Assembly: GCA_023334545.1 (NCBI GenBank)
Contig: JAADVB010000038.1
Location: 1-64,000 of the forward strand
Direction: 5' to 3'
Source: Salisapilia sapeloensis CBS 127946
Lineage: Eukaryota; Protista; Oomycota
DNA length: 64,000 nt
Shown here in pieces: positions 1 to 11,289 of the stretch. Numbering within the stretch: the stretch's first letter is position 1; the number at the start of each line of letters is the position of its first letter. A program made the translations under genes and the position numbers. A model generated the notes under the pieces. The model was not told the origin of the DNA, did no database searches, and worked only from the letters and a program-made list of their open reading frames with translations.

Positions 1-1
1 C

Positions 2-310
2 GTGGACTATGCCGGCCATGACATTCGCACCGTGAACGTCGACCTGCCTTCACTGTGCTGCGACGAGTGCTCCAAGACGGAGGGCTGCAAGGCCTACACG
101 TACGTCAACAACAACCCGGGTCAGCCTGCCTGCTACCTCAAAATGTCGGCAGCGGGAGTTGCGAACAACACGGTCTACCTCTGGAAAACTCAACTAGAAA
201 GATACTTAATAAAGATAGTCTCTTTGTTCACTCCTGATACAGCACTTCTCTACGCGTCCATTACTGCCCATCGTCCTCCCGGAGCTGCCCAAAGTAGTCA
301 CCAGCGATGA
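2..310 (+). CDS. PAN/Apple-domain protein (CBEL-like), 3' part; truncated by the window edge
   Basis: DYAGHDI...[16 protein letters not shown]...ACYLK matches the Cys pattern of the PAN/Apple domain common in oomycete secreted proteins. The true 3' end is uncertain. Confidence 0.7.
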   Translation: MDYAGHDIRTVNVDLPSLCCDECSKTEGCKAYTYVNNNPGQPACYLKMSAAGVANNTVYLWKTQLERYLIKIVSLFTPDTALLYASITAHRPPGAAQSSHQR

Positions 311-983
311 CGATCACGACGTTCAGAGCCCTCAGTGTCGAGTCGGCAATGTCCCCAGCCGCACTCCGTTGCTCCCAGCACTGGCGCAGTAGCTGGCGAA
401 GCAGTGCCGCCGTGTCGGCATGCAACGGCTTGTCCAGTCGAGCTAGCAGAGCGTAGATCCACGCCGCTCGGTCCTGAGTCAATGGTGTCTCCTCCAGCCA
501 CTCCACCTGGTATCCGAGGAGCCATCTCGTCAGGACCTGGTCGAACTGGAGAAGCAGTCGCAGATGGGGCGCGTGTCCGTCTGTGTCTCCGTCTCCGAAG
601 AAGAAGGTGTGCCACGCCTCCGCGTCTTTCATCCTGGGGACCTTCACCAGCTCCTGCGGTTGCAGAGCCTTTGCTTCGTGCCAGCGACCGACAAACTCGC
701 GCAGCGCGCCAAAGTCCGCTACCACATCCTTTTTCCACACCTCCGTCGGCACTCTTCCTGTATCGGCCACCTTGGCAAATGCAGCCGGGATGTGCGCTTC
801 CTTCGGCTGGTCGTTGTGATACCGACCTCGATCCAGCTCAGCTACCACGACCTTGGGTATGCCTTCCGCTTCGAGCCGCACGCGCCACATATACTCTTGC
901 ACACTACTAGGAGGCTCTCCTCTCCGCATCCGAGCCACCACCTCCTCCACATCCGTCTCGCTCACCGGCAGCACGCCCTCCAT
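261..983 (-). CDS. GEMIN2: Gemin2/SIP1 (SMN complex subunit)
   Basis: N-terminal '[25 protein letters not shown]' and C-terminal '[28 protein letters not shown]...[14 protein letters not shown]' are Gemin2-like. ATG at 983. Confidence 0.85.
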   Translation of the reverse strand: MEGVLPVSETDVEEVVARMRRGEPPSSVQEYMWRVRLEAEGIPKVVVAELDRGRYHNDQPKEAHIPAAFAKVADTGRVPTEVWKKDVVADFGALREFVGRWHEAKALQPQELVKVPRMKDAEAWHTFFFGDGDTDGHAPHLRLLLQFDQVLTRWLLGYQVEWLEETPLTQDRAAWIYALLARLDKPLHADTAALLRQLLRQCWEQRSAAGDIADSTLRALNVVIVIAGDYFGQLREDDGQ

Positions 984-1041
984 CCAAATTCGGCAAATGT
1001 CTTGACTTTTGTATACTTTCCACCAGAACCATTCCCGAGGT
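984..1041. promoter_or_regulatory. Putative 58-bp bidirectional core promoter
   Basis: Spacer between two divergent ATGs. CCATTCC on + and ACATTTGCCGAATTT on - resemble the oomycete initiator (YCAYTYY) and flanking promoter region consensus. Confidence 0.4.
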
Positions 1042-1780
1042 ATGGCGACCACGACCTCCAGTCCGCTGGACACCGCCGAGCAATTACAGGCCAAGGTAAC
1101 CGAGCTGGCACCAAGACGTAGACCACAAGTACTTCGTAAAGGCGACACGTACGGTGTCGGCGTCCTTCACGAACTATGCACCACGGAAAAACAGACCAAG
1201 GAATTGCATGAACTGCTGGAGCAGGCCAAACCAAGTGACCGGCCGGATGCCCAGCCATTCGTCCTTGCTCATTTAGACGTGAAAGAAAAGGTGTACAATG
1301 TAACGCAAGTGGAGTGGCTGGACGACATGGACGCCGCTATTCATGAGCTCGCACGCTTCGTCGAACTGCAGGTGGAGAACCCAAATGAGGTAGGTCTCAG
1401 TTGTCGTACCACTGCACTCATCTTGCTAATGTACTCGTATCTACTATCCAGGCATCCAAGGTCATTGCCCACTTCTTGGAAACCAACGGCCATGCGCCGG
1501 ACCAAGTCGGTCTGGCCGAAGAGTGCTTTGGCGCTGCGTTCGCCCTCCAGACCATGCTGCGGTACGTCCAGCACCTATTCCAACGCTAGTACAAGTCGCT
1601 AACATGTCCTGCAGAGGATTCCCGCGACTCCCGCTCGCCATTCAGAACCGTGTCGTCGAGGTCGATGCGACAACAGACATGTCATCTCTCCTCGGCCCTC
1701 TCTTCCCTGGCCAGCGCAAGCCAACCAAGGCGAAGAAAAGCAAAAAGACAGGCAAGAAACGACCACATAAGTCGACCTAG
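1042..1780 (+). CDS. Hypothetical protein, three exons, basic C-terminal tail
   Basis: ORF pieces 1042-~1389, ~1452-1560 and ~1614-1780 are joined by GT-AG introns with CTAAT/CTAAC branch points. Ends in KKSKKTGKKRPHKST*. Confidence 0.6.
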
Positions 1781-1815
1781 ATAGACGCAAATACATTCTA
1801 TTTTCCTCAGTAACA

Positions 1816-2283
1816 TCATTCCGCAGCAGCTTCAAGCGTCCGCGATTTGGACAATTCGCTCCCGCTACTGCTCCCCATCTGCTCCCTCACTCGCTCCAGA
1901 ATGTGTCGCTTGATCTCGAGAAACGAATCGATCGTCTCATCATGCACGAGCAGTGGACAGCTATGCAGGAGCGACGTCACGTAGTACCCGAGATCGCGCT
2001 GGCGTTTGTCGACAAACTCGGCCGACATGGACGAACCAATGTATTTCTTACTTGGCAGCATCGGAAATAGCGACGCTCGCGACGGGTATTTCTCTCGCAG
2101 CAAAATGTCCACGGCGCAGAACTCGCGGTACCGGTGCGTGACGTCCCATATCTCTGGAGGACCGTCCTCTTCCTTCCACGTACACCGAAGGACGTACTCG
2201 GTGTAAAACTTGCCGCTATCCAGGTCGAGCGATTCCTGCGTCCCGAGCATATCGACTCGGAAGTCTCCTTCGAGGCCGCGCAT
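1816..2283 (-). CDS. PX (phox homology) domain protein
   Basis: 'WDVTHRYREFCAVDILLREKYP...FPMLPSKKYIGSSMSAEFVDKRQRDLGYYVTSLL' carries the PX RY..F, LP.K and R...L motifs. Confidence 0.85.
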   Translation of the reverse strand: MRGLEGDFRVDMLGTQESLDLDSGKFYTEYVLRCTWKEEDGPPEIWDVTHRYREFCAVDILLREKYPSRASLFPMLPSKKYIGSSMSAEFVDKRQRDLGYYVTSLLHSCPLLVHDETIDSFLEIKRHILERVREQMGSSSGSELSKSRTLEAAAE

Positions 2284-2414
2284 CTTTCTTTCTGATTTTC
2301 TTTCGACCGGAGTGAACAAACTGGACACGCACATACAGGAACCAACTTCAAATGGATGAGATTTATGAAAAACACCATGTAAAAGTATGAAAAGACAAGA
2401 AAGAGGAGACGAAG

Positions 2415-3113
2415 ATGACCGAGGTCGTCGGGAATGAAGAGCTCCGTGCGCTCGTGCAAGCCATCACGTTCGCCCATCCGGATTTTGGCGCCAAGCGCGT
2501 TACGGATGAAATCCACTCCCACGGTGGCAAGTACGCCGCTGTACCGTTAAAAAGGGTCCGAAAGTATCTCCAGAAGCTCAAGTCGGACGACACGCCGGAT
2601 GCGCCGACACCCGAGATGCTGGACTTGCGCAACCGCGCGACCAAGGCAGGTGATGCCAGTGGCAACATCCGGCTCATGACCGTCGGTGGAGGTGCTGCGG
2701 TGGCTTCAGCGCCAAGTGCGGACGCCGAGGAGACCGAGACCAGCGACTGGAAGCCCGTGAAGCTGGACGAGCCGGCGCAAAAGGTGGACGAGTACCCGTA
2801 CCAGGCCGTCATCCACATGTCGACTAGCGATACGGGCGAATCCGAGACGGATATGGGTGAGCTTTACAAGTTGCAAGTAGCCGTTGGTAGCGGCACCTCG
2901 TCGCCTATGCTCCTGTACAACAAGGCGCGGGATCGGAAGACGTTCGTCCACGTCGATTCGCCGGCGTACAAGCCGATTCAGCGGCTAGTACTGACCCAAG
3001 GCCAACGCGGAGCTGTGGGTGGCTTCAAAGCTTTCTTTTACGGCCGAGTCAGCCACGATAAGAAACTCGTCTACCTCCTAACGACGCAACTCGCGCCGTT
3101 CCAGCAATGGTAA
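2415..3113 (+). CDS. Hypothetical protein, 232 aa
   Basis: Intact single-exon ORF with GC3-rich codon usage. No family recognised. Confidence 0.7.
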   Translation: MTEVVGNEELRALVQAITFAHPDFGAKRVTDEIHSHGGKYAAVPLKRVRKYLQKLKSDDTPDAPTPEMLDLRNRATKAGDASGNIRLMTVGGGAAVASAPSADAEETETSDWKPVKLDEPAQKVDEYPYQAVIHMSTSDTGESETDMGELYKLQVAVGSGTSSPMLLYNKARDRKTFVHVDSPAYKPIQRLVLTQGQRGAVGGFKAFFYGRVSHDKKLVYLLTTQLAPFQQW

Positions 3114-3147
3114 AAGAAAAAATCAATGTTTCAAAGAATTGGACGGT

Positions 3148-4560
3148 CTACCGGGACGTCGGAACGCCCGTGCCGAACAGTCCACCTGCGTCGTCACTGT
3201 CGCTGAAGCTGTCGCTGTCACTGTCGCTGCCTTCGCCGCCGAACAAAGAGCTGTGGTGCGCAGGCGGTGGCACGGCGGCAGGCTGCACCGGTGCGTCCGT
3301 CTCTTTCTTGACTTGTTCCTTGCTATCCTCTTGTGCACTTGCACTTGCGCTGGGTTTCTCTTTCTCATCCTCCCACTCCTCCTCGTCACTCTCATCGTCC
3401 GGCTCAACGCCAAAGAGCATCTTGTTTCCAGGTAGAGGCACTGCGGGTGCCGTCTTTGGGATGCCGAACAGATCCTCCGCTGTCCACTCCTCATCATCCA
3501 CGGGTGGCGGACCGGTGAAGCGAGCTTCCTTAGGCGGCTCTGGCGCAGAGCGACTAGGCGGGTACGATATCGGTTCGTCCACCGTACGCAGCTGCGGCGC
3601 AGCGTATTTCGGCTTTTCCTCTACCTTCGCTGGCTCTGGAGCTGATTGCACCGGTTCTTCCACCGGGCTCTGGGGAGCGGAAGCTGGTGCCGGCGGGGAT
3701 GCCGGCTGTGCAGGAGGCGGATCCGCCTCCTGCACCAGCTCTGCTGGTACTTCCGCCGACATGTCGGTCAGAGAGTCTTGCTCTGCAGCTGGCGACGGGA
3801 CCGGTGCCGCCTCTTCTTGTTTGGGTTCTGGAGTGGCCATAGGCGTCCGGACAGCACCAGGTGGAGCGCGTGTGGGAGCTCGTCGCTTGGGGCCAGGAGC
3901 TCGCGACATGGTGGCGTGGCTCACCTCTGGCTCCTTGGATTCCGTCGGCGCGTCTTCCTGGTTGGCAAACCGACCGGATTGGGCTAACCCAGGCATGGGG
4001 ACACCAGAACCCATACCAGGCATCCGAACGCCCATGGCATGGGACTGGCCATAGGCCTCGCCTGTCGACATGATCGACTCCGAGTTCCCTCCTGCCGGTC
4101 GACGGTATCCGCCGCTAGAGACAATGTCAGCACTGTTTGAGTATCATAGGGAAGAGGAGGCATACCCGCCAGGACGGAAGGTGTTCATGTTCAATGCGCC
4201 GAGGTTGCCCTGTAGCTCCTGGATCTTACTCGATCTCCGGGGCGCACGAGCTTCCGGCTCGGACGGTGCACTCGCACTCGCATCCTCCTGTTCCTTATCA
4301 GCACTTGGCGTCGTGGGTGGAGGCGTCCACCGCGACTGCGGCTTCTGTAGCGGCGCAACGATCGGAATGCCGCTACTCGACTCGTCTGCACTGCTGCTCT
4401 TCCCCTGCTTCTGCAACGCCGCGATGCGATCCGCAATCGAGCCTGTTTTTTTCTCCGCGTTCGAGGCTGAGGATGCCAACGGTGCGGCCGATGGCGCTTC
4501 TTCCTCACCTCCCTGACCGCGCCGTCGCGCGAATATCGCCTGTAGCTCGTTCGATGCCAT
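3148..4560 (-). CDS. Disordered Pro/acidic-rich protein with a capping-protein-interaction (CPI)-like motif; one intron
   Basis: ORFs 4144-4560 and 3148-4071 join through a GT...CTGAC...AG intron of ~50 nt. Contains 'VSHATMSRAPGPKRRAPT' and several LFG+acidic motifs. Confidence 0.6.
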
Positions 4561-4721
4561 CTTCCTTCTGCCTCACGGTCGTGTACCTGTCTCTATCTCT
4601 CTGATTGGGTGGATTACGTCAAAAGCGACGTTTTACGTCTGAATTAACGCAATTCGTCAACTAGGCCCATCGGAATACCAGGAAGACATGTAGGAAGAGT
4701 AGTAGTAGACACAATCATGTT

Positions 4722-5849
4722 TTATTTGTGCTTCCGCCGGTTCTGACGGAGAGACCGGAGGTGGTCGCAGGCAGGAGCTTTCATGTCCATAGCCGCCTTC
4801 ATCGCGCTCTCTCGCTGGTCGCTCCGCGCGTGCCGAGCCTTGTGGATCGCGCGCTTCTGTTTTCGCTTCTGCGACTCGCAGCTTTCGGCTAATTGAGACA
4901 TATACTGCTGCTCTACCTGTATCTCTACACGCTGCAAGTCGCGCCAGTGCGCCGTATACGTCCGATCAAAGTCGCGGTCGACATAGTACGGAATGTTCTT
5001 GGTCACGGACCCCACGGACGTACTCCGCTCGACATTGTACTGCTGCGTAGGCTTCATACTAAACGGCTCATTTGGTCCGGACGGTAGCGAAAGTAGCGCT
5101 AGTAACACCATGAGCAATAGCGGCAAAAGCTGCGTGAACGACATTTGCTGCGCCTGTGCTTGGTGCGGCGGCTCCCGGCGTCGCTGCGTCGGTCGCGGCC
5201 GAGGCCGGCGCTGCGCCGGGTGGAAGCCACCGCCAAAGAACATATTGAAAATCTCTTCCGGACTTACGTCCTCTCCATACGCCTGTCTGTAGTGCTGCCG
5301 CTGCGGCCTTCTACTCGACGCGGCGCCGGCCGGCCCGGCGTCGCCGAAGCGGTCATAGTCCGACCGTTTGTCCGGGTCACTTAGCACCGCGAAGGCGCGT
5401 CCAACAGCCTTGAACGCGTCCTCTGCACCCGGCGCTCGGTTCTTGTCCGGGTGCAGCTTGAGTGCTAGTTTTCTATACGCTTTCTTAATCTCCTTGTCCT
5501 CCGCCGTTGTCGCGACGGACAGCACCTCATAGTGTGTTCGACACGACTGGATCTTGCGGACGATATTCCGCTGCTCCTCCGTGTACGACGCGGCGGCGGG
5601 CTCTGCCGGTGCGGACGCTCGCCGGCGTAAATTCGACGCGTCCTCGGACGCAGAGGAACTGCTCGCGGCACTCTCCTGCTCTTTCGCCAACTCGTTCTTT
5701 GCCCGCTCGCGCATACCCTCTACGCCCGGGAGCGGGTAGAGCCGTTGGGACTTGTCAAAGAACCGTACTGCCTTGTCAAACTGCCCCGTGCGCAGCGCTC
5801 GCTTGGCGATCTCGAGGCACTTCTCCGCCTCCCCTTTGTTCATCTCCAT
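4722..5849 (-). CDS. DNAJB12: DnaJ subfamily B member 12/14-like ER co-chaperone
   Basis: N-terminal '[15 protein letters not shown]', J domain with HPD ('LKLHPDKN'), G/F-rich linker, TM segment and a DUF1977-like C-terminus. Confidence 0.9.
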   Translation of the reverse strand: MEMNKGEAEKCLEIAKRALRTGQFDKAVRFFDKSQRLYPLPGVEGMRERAKNELAKEQESAASSSSASEDASNLRRRASAPAEPAAASYTEEQRNIVRKIQSCRTHYEVLSVATTAEDKEIKKAYRKLALKLHPDKNRAPGAEDAFKAVGRAFAVLSDPDKRSDYDRFGDAGPAGAASSRRPQRQHYRQAYGEDVSPEEIFNMFFGGGFHPAQRRPRPRPTQRRREPPHQAQAQQMSFTQLLPLLLMVLLALLSLPSGPNEPFSMKPTQQYNVERSTSVGSVTKNIPYYVDRDFDRTYTAHWRDLQRVEIQVEQQYMSQLAESCESQKRKQKRAIHKARHARSDQRESAMKAAMDMKAPACDHLRSLRQNRRKHK

Positions 5850-6095
5850 GATTGCGCTCGGCGATTGTGAGTTTTTCGGGTGGAGGGGATGTCGAGCGTG
5901 TATGCAATGGAGAACGAGGTGGCAGGTACGAGGTCGGACGGCGTGCCGACGACCAAGAGCTACAGGTCACGCGTTCGATAGTTAGCGTCTGGAGATGTTG
6001 TCAAGAGGTCGAGCTATTCTGTCGCATACGTTGTGCAAGATAAAAGTACTGTTCGGAACGCCAAAAAAGAGATTTTATCGAATACTTTTTCATTT

Positions 6096-7190
6096 TTACT
6101 TTTTGCTGAAAAAGGTTTCCAAGGTCTGTTGGTCATGCGACTTGCCTCGAGCCTTCTTCCTCGATGGACGTAGAGGAGGATCTTCACTCGGTCGTTTCTG
6201 ACCGACACTAGCGTCCTCTTCCTTAACGTTTTGGAAAAACCACGAAATGTCCGCTGTAGATCGTTTTAGCGTACTACCAATTCTACTAGTCGAAGGAGCG
6301 TACCTCCATGTCGAATGTCCACTTTCTTCGCACAGTCCTCACCTTGGTACTTCATCGAGCCAACTAGTGACTGTGTTGGTACTTGCTGCCAATCGATTAT
6401 CTAGTCGTCCTACCTCGTTTGTCCACGGGGTGCCACGCCAAGTCATCTCCCGTGTACGGAGCCAGCAGCGCTTTGACATCGTCAAACTTGGCATCCGATA
6501 GCCACTTGTCCGCCTCGTCGTCACGCAGCACAACCTACATCTATTTTAATTTCCATTCCATTCCCATCTCCCTACTAAACGAACTGGCACTCGGTTGTGG
6601 AGCCATTGGAGTTTAGTCGGTGCTTCCGCCGTGATGATCGTAAAGGTGTGCATGTCCTCCTGCCCAGTGCTCCATACATCATACAGCCCTGCAAACTACT
6701 TTCCATGAACACTCGTCTACCTCCTTTTCATATATCCAAACTACCTTGAGCGGGCCGCGAGTCCTGTAGCAATAGTGCGGCTGCTTCTCCTTCTTCCCTA
6801 CCTTTTCCCACTCATAGTACCCGTCGGCCAGCACCACGCACCGGCCGCTCTGCACCAACCGACGGAACGCCGGTCGCTCGTGCAGCGTCTCGCTCCGAGC
6901 GTTGAACATCGCAAAATGGTCCGGCTGAGTGTCTCGCTTGTAGAACCCCGGCACGAGGCCCCAACGCATGGCCTGCAGGCACACGCCGCGCTCGCCCTTC
7001 TTCACCACGGCACCGAAACGTCCCGGCCCGGCGTTCTCCACGGGCGAATCTACACTACACGCATGAGCTCAACGCAGCGAAGACTAGACTAGATCCTACA
7101 CTCGTGCGCATCTCGAGAACGCGCTATTGGCACGCCCGCAGCTTCCGCTGCCTGCGCCCACGTGAGGGAGCAGCGGAAGCGACCACACAT
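6096..7190 (-). CDS. HMCES: SRAP-domain abasic-site protection protein (HMCES-like), multi-exon
   Basis: Starts MCGRF (catalytic Cys2). Contains 'MRWGLVP', 'FNARSETL', 'RCVVLADGYYEW' and 'FTIIT...WLHNRVP'. Several short introns. Confidence 0.85.
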
Positions 7191-7231
7191 AACAAAAACA
7201 AAAAGTGACGCAAGCATGTTTCATTCTCTCT

Positions 7232-8713
7232 TTAGCAGACACCGCGCGTCGGTTGTCCTGACTTCTGGTGCTTTATATTGGCCTGGATGGCATGGACGAC
7301 GTCGCGGAACTTTTGCGTCGCAGCCTTGGGCGAACTCATGGCCGTCGCCACGAGCGTATGGTGCTTCTCCAGCACGTCGATCGCCTTGAGAATGTCGCTC
7401 ACGAGCATGTCGACCATGTTCCGCGTAAAGTTCTGCTTGACCACGACGCGCATGATCACGAGCGACTCGGCGCCAGAGCTGCAGCTATACGCCGGTACGA
7501 TCCAGCCGCGACTACGCAGCTTGTCCTGGATGTCAAAGCACGAGTATCGCGACGCGTCTTTCAGCGCAAACGCCACCAGCGGCATGTGCTGCTTATCCAC
7601 CACGTTAAAGTGCCCGGTCTCCTCCAACGCCGAGCGGAGGCACTGCGCGTTCTCCATACTTGTCTCCATGATTGCCTTGTACCCATCGAATCCGAAGCGC
7701 AGGAGGTTGTAATACTGCGCCACGACGTTCCCGGCGCCCTTGCTAAAGTTGAGCGTGAACGAGCTCTGGTCGCCGCCGAGGTAGTTGACGTGGAAGACGA
7801 GGTCTTCCGGCAGATCCTCCGGTTCGCGCCAGAGCGCCCAGCCCATGCCGGCGTACACGAGTCCGAACTTGTGGCCGCTGACGTTAATGGACTTGACGTT
7901 GGGCAGACGAAAGTCCCACTCGAGCTCTGGCATGAGGAATGGCGCGATGAAGCCGCCGCTCGCGGCGTCGACGTGGATCGGGATGTTCCAATCGTTCTCG
8001 GCGTTGACCTCGTCGATCATATCGCTCATGGCCTTGACGTCCTCGTATTCGCCGTTAAACGTGCTGCCGAGGATTGCGCAGATGCCGATCGTGTTCTCAT
8101 CGATGAGCGGCTTGGCGCGCTCCGCCGTGAGCACCAGACAGTCCGGCGACACGTCTGCCTCGCGCCCTTCGATCTCAAAGTACTTGCACATCTTGTGCCA
8201 GCACACTTGGACGTTGGAGCCGAACACAATGTTGGGCCTGTCGGTCGAAAGACCTTTGGCCTGGCGTCGGTCCTTCCACTTGCGTTTCATGGCGAGACCG
8301 GCGAGCATGATCGCCTCCGAGGAGCCGATGCAGCCGGTGCCAGTCGCCTTCTGGCCTTGCGCGAGCGGCGCGTGGTACAGATTCGCCAGCATCTGGACGC
8401 ATCGGTTGTGGATCTCGGCCGTCTGCGGATACTGGTCCAAGTCGATATAGTTCTTCCGGAGGCCCTGGATCATCAGATCATCCGCTTCCGGCTCCATGTA
8501 GGTAGTTACAAAGGATGCGAGGTTCATCTTGGGGTTTCCGTCTAATGCCAGCTCGTCCGTGATGAGCTGGTGGGCCACGCGTGCCGGCACAGACTCCGTC
8601 GGCAGATGTTCCGTCGGGACTTGGCCGGACATGAGTGGATGGCCGTACAGCGGCCGGTTGTCCTTGCCGCCTTGAGACTGGCATGCATACGAGTTTTCGC
8701 TTGTGGTCTGCAT
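7232..8713 (-). CDS. GAD: Glutamate decarboxylase (PLP-dependent, plant/bacterial type)
   Basis: 'DELALDGNPKMNLASFVTT', 'IHVDAASGGF' and 'SINVSGHKFGLVY' (PLP lysine). Intronless. Confidence 0.95.
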   Translation of the reverse strand: MQTTSENSYACQSQGGKDNRPLYGHPLMSGQVPTEHLPTESVPARVAHQLITDELALDGNPKMNLASFVTTYMEPEADDLMIQGLRKNYIDLDQYPQTAEIHNRCVQMLANLYHAPLAQGQKATGTGCIGSSEAIMLAGLAMKRKWKDRRQAKGLSTDRPNIVFGSNVQVCWHKMCKYFEIEGREADVSPDCLVLTAERAKPLIDENTIGICAILGSTFNGEYEDVKAMSDMIDEVNAENDWNIPIHVDAASGGFIAPFLMPELEWDFRLPNVKSINVSGHKFGLVYAGMGWALWREPEDLPEDLVFHVNYLGGDQSSFTLNFSKGAGNVVAQYYNLLRFGFDGYKAIMETSMENAQCLRSALEETGHFNVVDKQHMPLVAFALKDASRYSCFDIQDKLRSRGWIVPAYSCSSGAESLVIMRVVVKQNFTRNMVDMLVSDILKAIDVLEKHHTLVATAMSSPKAATQKFRDVVHAIQANIKHQKSGQPTRGVC

Positions 8714-9239
8714 CGTGGTGGAGCTCGCGAAGGCGTAGAAGCGCAAATGAGCGACTCGGATCCTTGGATCGTATCCTGATTCTTTTATGGCGAAAAGGTG
8801 ATACTTTGTACATTCTGTTGACGGATTAGGATAACGGTATACAAAGGTCAAGTGCAGAGTAAATCAGGTGCGACGGAAGGCGCATGTCCAACACGTTCTC
8901 TACTAATCGATCGTCATGGCATTGGGTGCGACCGGCTCATGCGCCACGTAGATGCAGAGGATAGGGTGCGCAAGATATCTTGTATGTATAGAAAGTAGAC
9001 GAGAGAATGGAGTGGAATGGGCATTGATATGGTAACGTTCGTATAACAATCTGGCGGTGCTGATCGAATCCTCCGCCTTTTCTGCAAATGTACCCAGGAG
9101 AAGAGTAGATGATAAGCATGCGATCTACCTTCTACCTCCCTTTTCATACGGACATCTATCAGATCTAGACATATACCTCAATGCAAAGAAACAAAGTAGA
9201 GAAGACGTAATGAAAAAGAAGAGAAACCTGTCGATATAT

Positions 9240-10912
9240 CTATTGTGCCTTTTGCTGAATGTCCTGCCGGACCTCATCCTGGAGCCGCGAGAAGAACTCT
9301 TTCGAGTTGCCGTACCGCCGGTCATCTTTGGTGCCTTCGCTCACATTCCTGGCGTCCGCTAGCGACTGCGCCAGCTTCTTCTTCTCATACTTGTTGCCCA
9401 GACCAGGGTTCATCTTGGCCACGAGCCGCTCGTCCGCCTCGCGCTTCCGCTTCTCCTTGCGCTTGCCTCTCTTCTTGGCGTTTCGCTGCGCCTTGCGCTG
9501 CTCCTGCGACATCTCCTCCTGACTCTTCACCTCCTTCTTCTTTTTCCCGTATACCTCCTCGGGTGCCTGGAGGTTGGCGTCGCTCACGCCCACTGGCACA
9601 GCCTCCTCCATCGCGAGCGCCGGCACGCTCGGCTTGACCTGCAGCTCGGTCGTCGCCGGTTTGGGCGTGAACTGGTAGTTGGACAGCGCGTCCAGCTGCC
9701 AGCACAAGGTCTTGAACATGTTCTCGATTTCCTCCTCGTCCTTCTTGCTCTCGTCGTCCTGCTCCATGCCGAGCGCCGTCTTCTCGTACTCGCGCGCATA
9801 CACCTCTCCTAGCCCCTCCTTGCTCTTCTCCGTCGACACCTCCGCCTGCTTCTTCTCCGCCTCGTTCTCCCCAAGTTTCCGGATCACGTCGTCAAAGTTC
9901 TCGTCCAGGATCCGCTGCTTGATGACAGCCTCGAGGCCGACCGATACGTCCGTGGTGACCACTGGCGCCACGTTCGTCGGGCGCTCATAGTCCAGCACAG
10001 CCTCCAGCAAACTGTTCTCTGGACGAGCGCCGGACTTGACCTCGCCCTGCATCTGCCAGTGCTTGGTGCCGATCGCCTCCTCCTCGAACGTCTTGATCTG
10101 CTGCTGCAGCTTGCTCTGCTCCTGTTGGTGCGATGACAGGATGCCACGTTCGGCCAGGTCGTCCTCATCTACGTCTTCCAGCAGAGGCTTTGGCTGTGGC
10201 TTTGGCATCTCTTCTTCCTCTTCCTCCTCTTCCTCCTCTTCGTCTTCATCTTCCTGCTCTTCAGGTTCATCGAAAAAGTCCTGGTAGGTCATGTCAGCAT
10301 CCTCCTCATCACTCCCGACATCGTTGATATCGTCATCATCCTCTTCACTATCGTCCTCCACCTCCTCCTCCTCTTCCTCTGCTGCCTTCTCCATCTCATC
10401 CCAATCGAAAAACCCGTCCTCTCCTTCCTCCTTCTTCTTCTTCTTAGGCACCACCTTTTTCGTCTCTTCCTCTTCTTCCTCTTCTCCCACTTCCTCCTCT
10501 TCTTCCTCCTCCTCCATATCCTCTTCCTCAGACTCTTCGACAGTGTCCTCCTCCGACTCGACTGGAGCTGTGGTCATCACTGGTTCCTCCGCCACCTTCC
10601 GCCATTGCTTGACTCGCTTACTCATTCCCTTCAATACAGGCTCATTCTGCAGTTTAAGCTGCTCCCAAATCTGATCAGCGTCAAAGCCGTCGACGTATAG
10701 CTGATCCAATGGTGTCGAGACACCTAGACGGGCACAAGCGTCGAAAGCAGACTTGGTGAACTGCTTCACTTGGTTCGCGACATCTTCCGACGGAGCAAAG
10801 AAAACCTGTGCATGCAGTCAGATACGTGCCAAAGTAGCTATTATACTACCAAAAGTACCTCTGGTTTGCCAAGTACTTCCGACTCGAACCGCTCGACCGT
10901 CGTACTCTCCAT
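9240..10912 (-). CDS. MPP10: U3 snoRNP protein Mpp10
   Basis: 'FDADQIWEQL', 'DGFFDWDEM', 'WQMQGEV...RPENSLLE', 'IKQRILDENFDDV' and 'LDALSNYQFTPKP'. A short first exon (MESTTVERFESEVLGKPE) is spliced to the main exon. Confidence 0.92.
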
Positions 10913-11289
10913 CTCTTTTCCACTTGCTTTGGTTGGTGTCGTGCCCACGTCGTGTCATTGGCTATAATCCACAACCTCAGCGTTCCAATTGGACAAAATC
11001 AACATGGCTACAGGAGCGAAAGTCTCAGCCAGCAGTCACCGCGAATAAGATGGAAACGTCAGGCCTAAAAGCAAACACGCCGAAAGCTATAAATACATGC
11101 TTCCATCTACTTCCTCCTTTTTCCTTTCAAACGCATCGAAAACATGTTCTTTAGCCTCGACCTCTTACACGCAATTCTTCCATCCGATTCGATCAAAGAG
11201 TTTCATGTGTTTAACCGTTTACGTCAAATCTTCGCCCCCACATCTTCAAGCGAGAGACCACATATCAATCTACCACGCACGACATAAGC

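Noticed and set aside
10190-10560. (TCC/TCT)n microsatellite-like runs and poly-Ser ORFs
   Set aside because: These are the reverse complement of the Glu/Asp-rich tracts of Mpp10, not an independent repeat.
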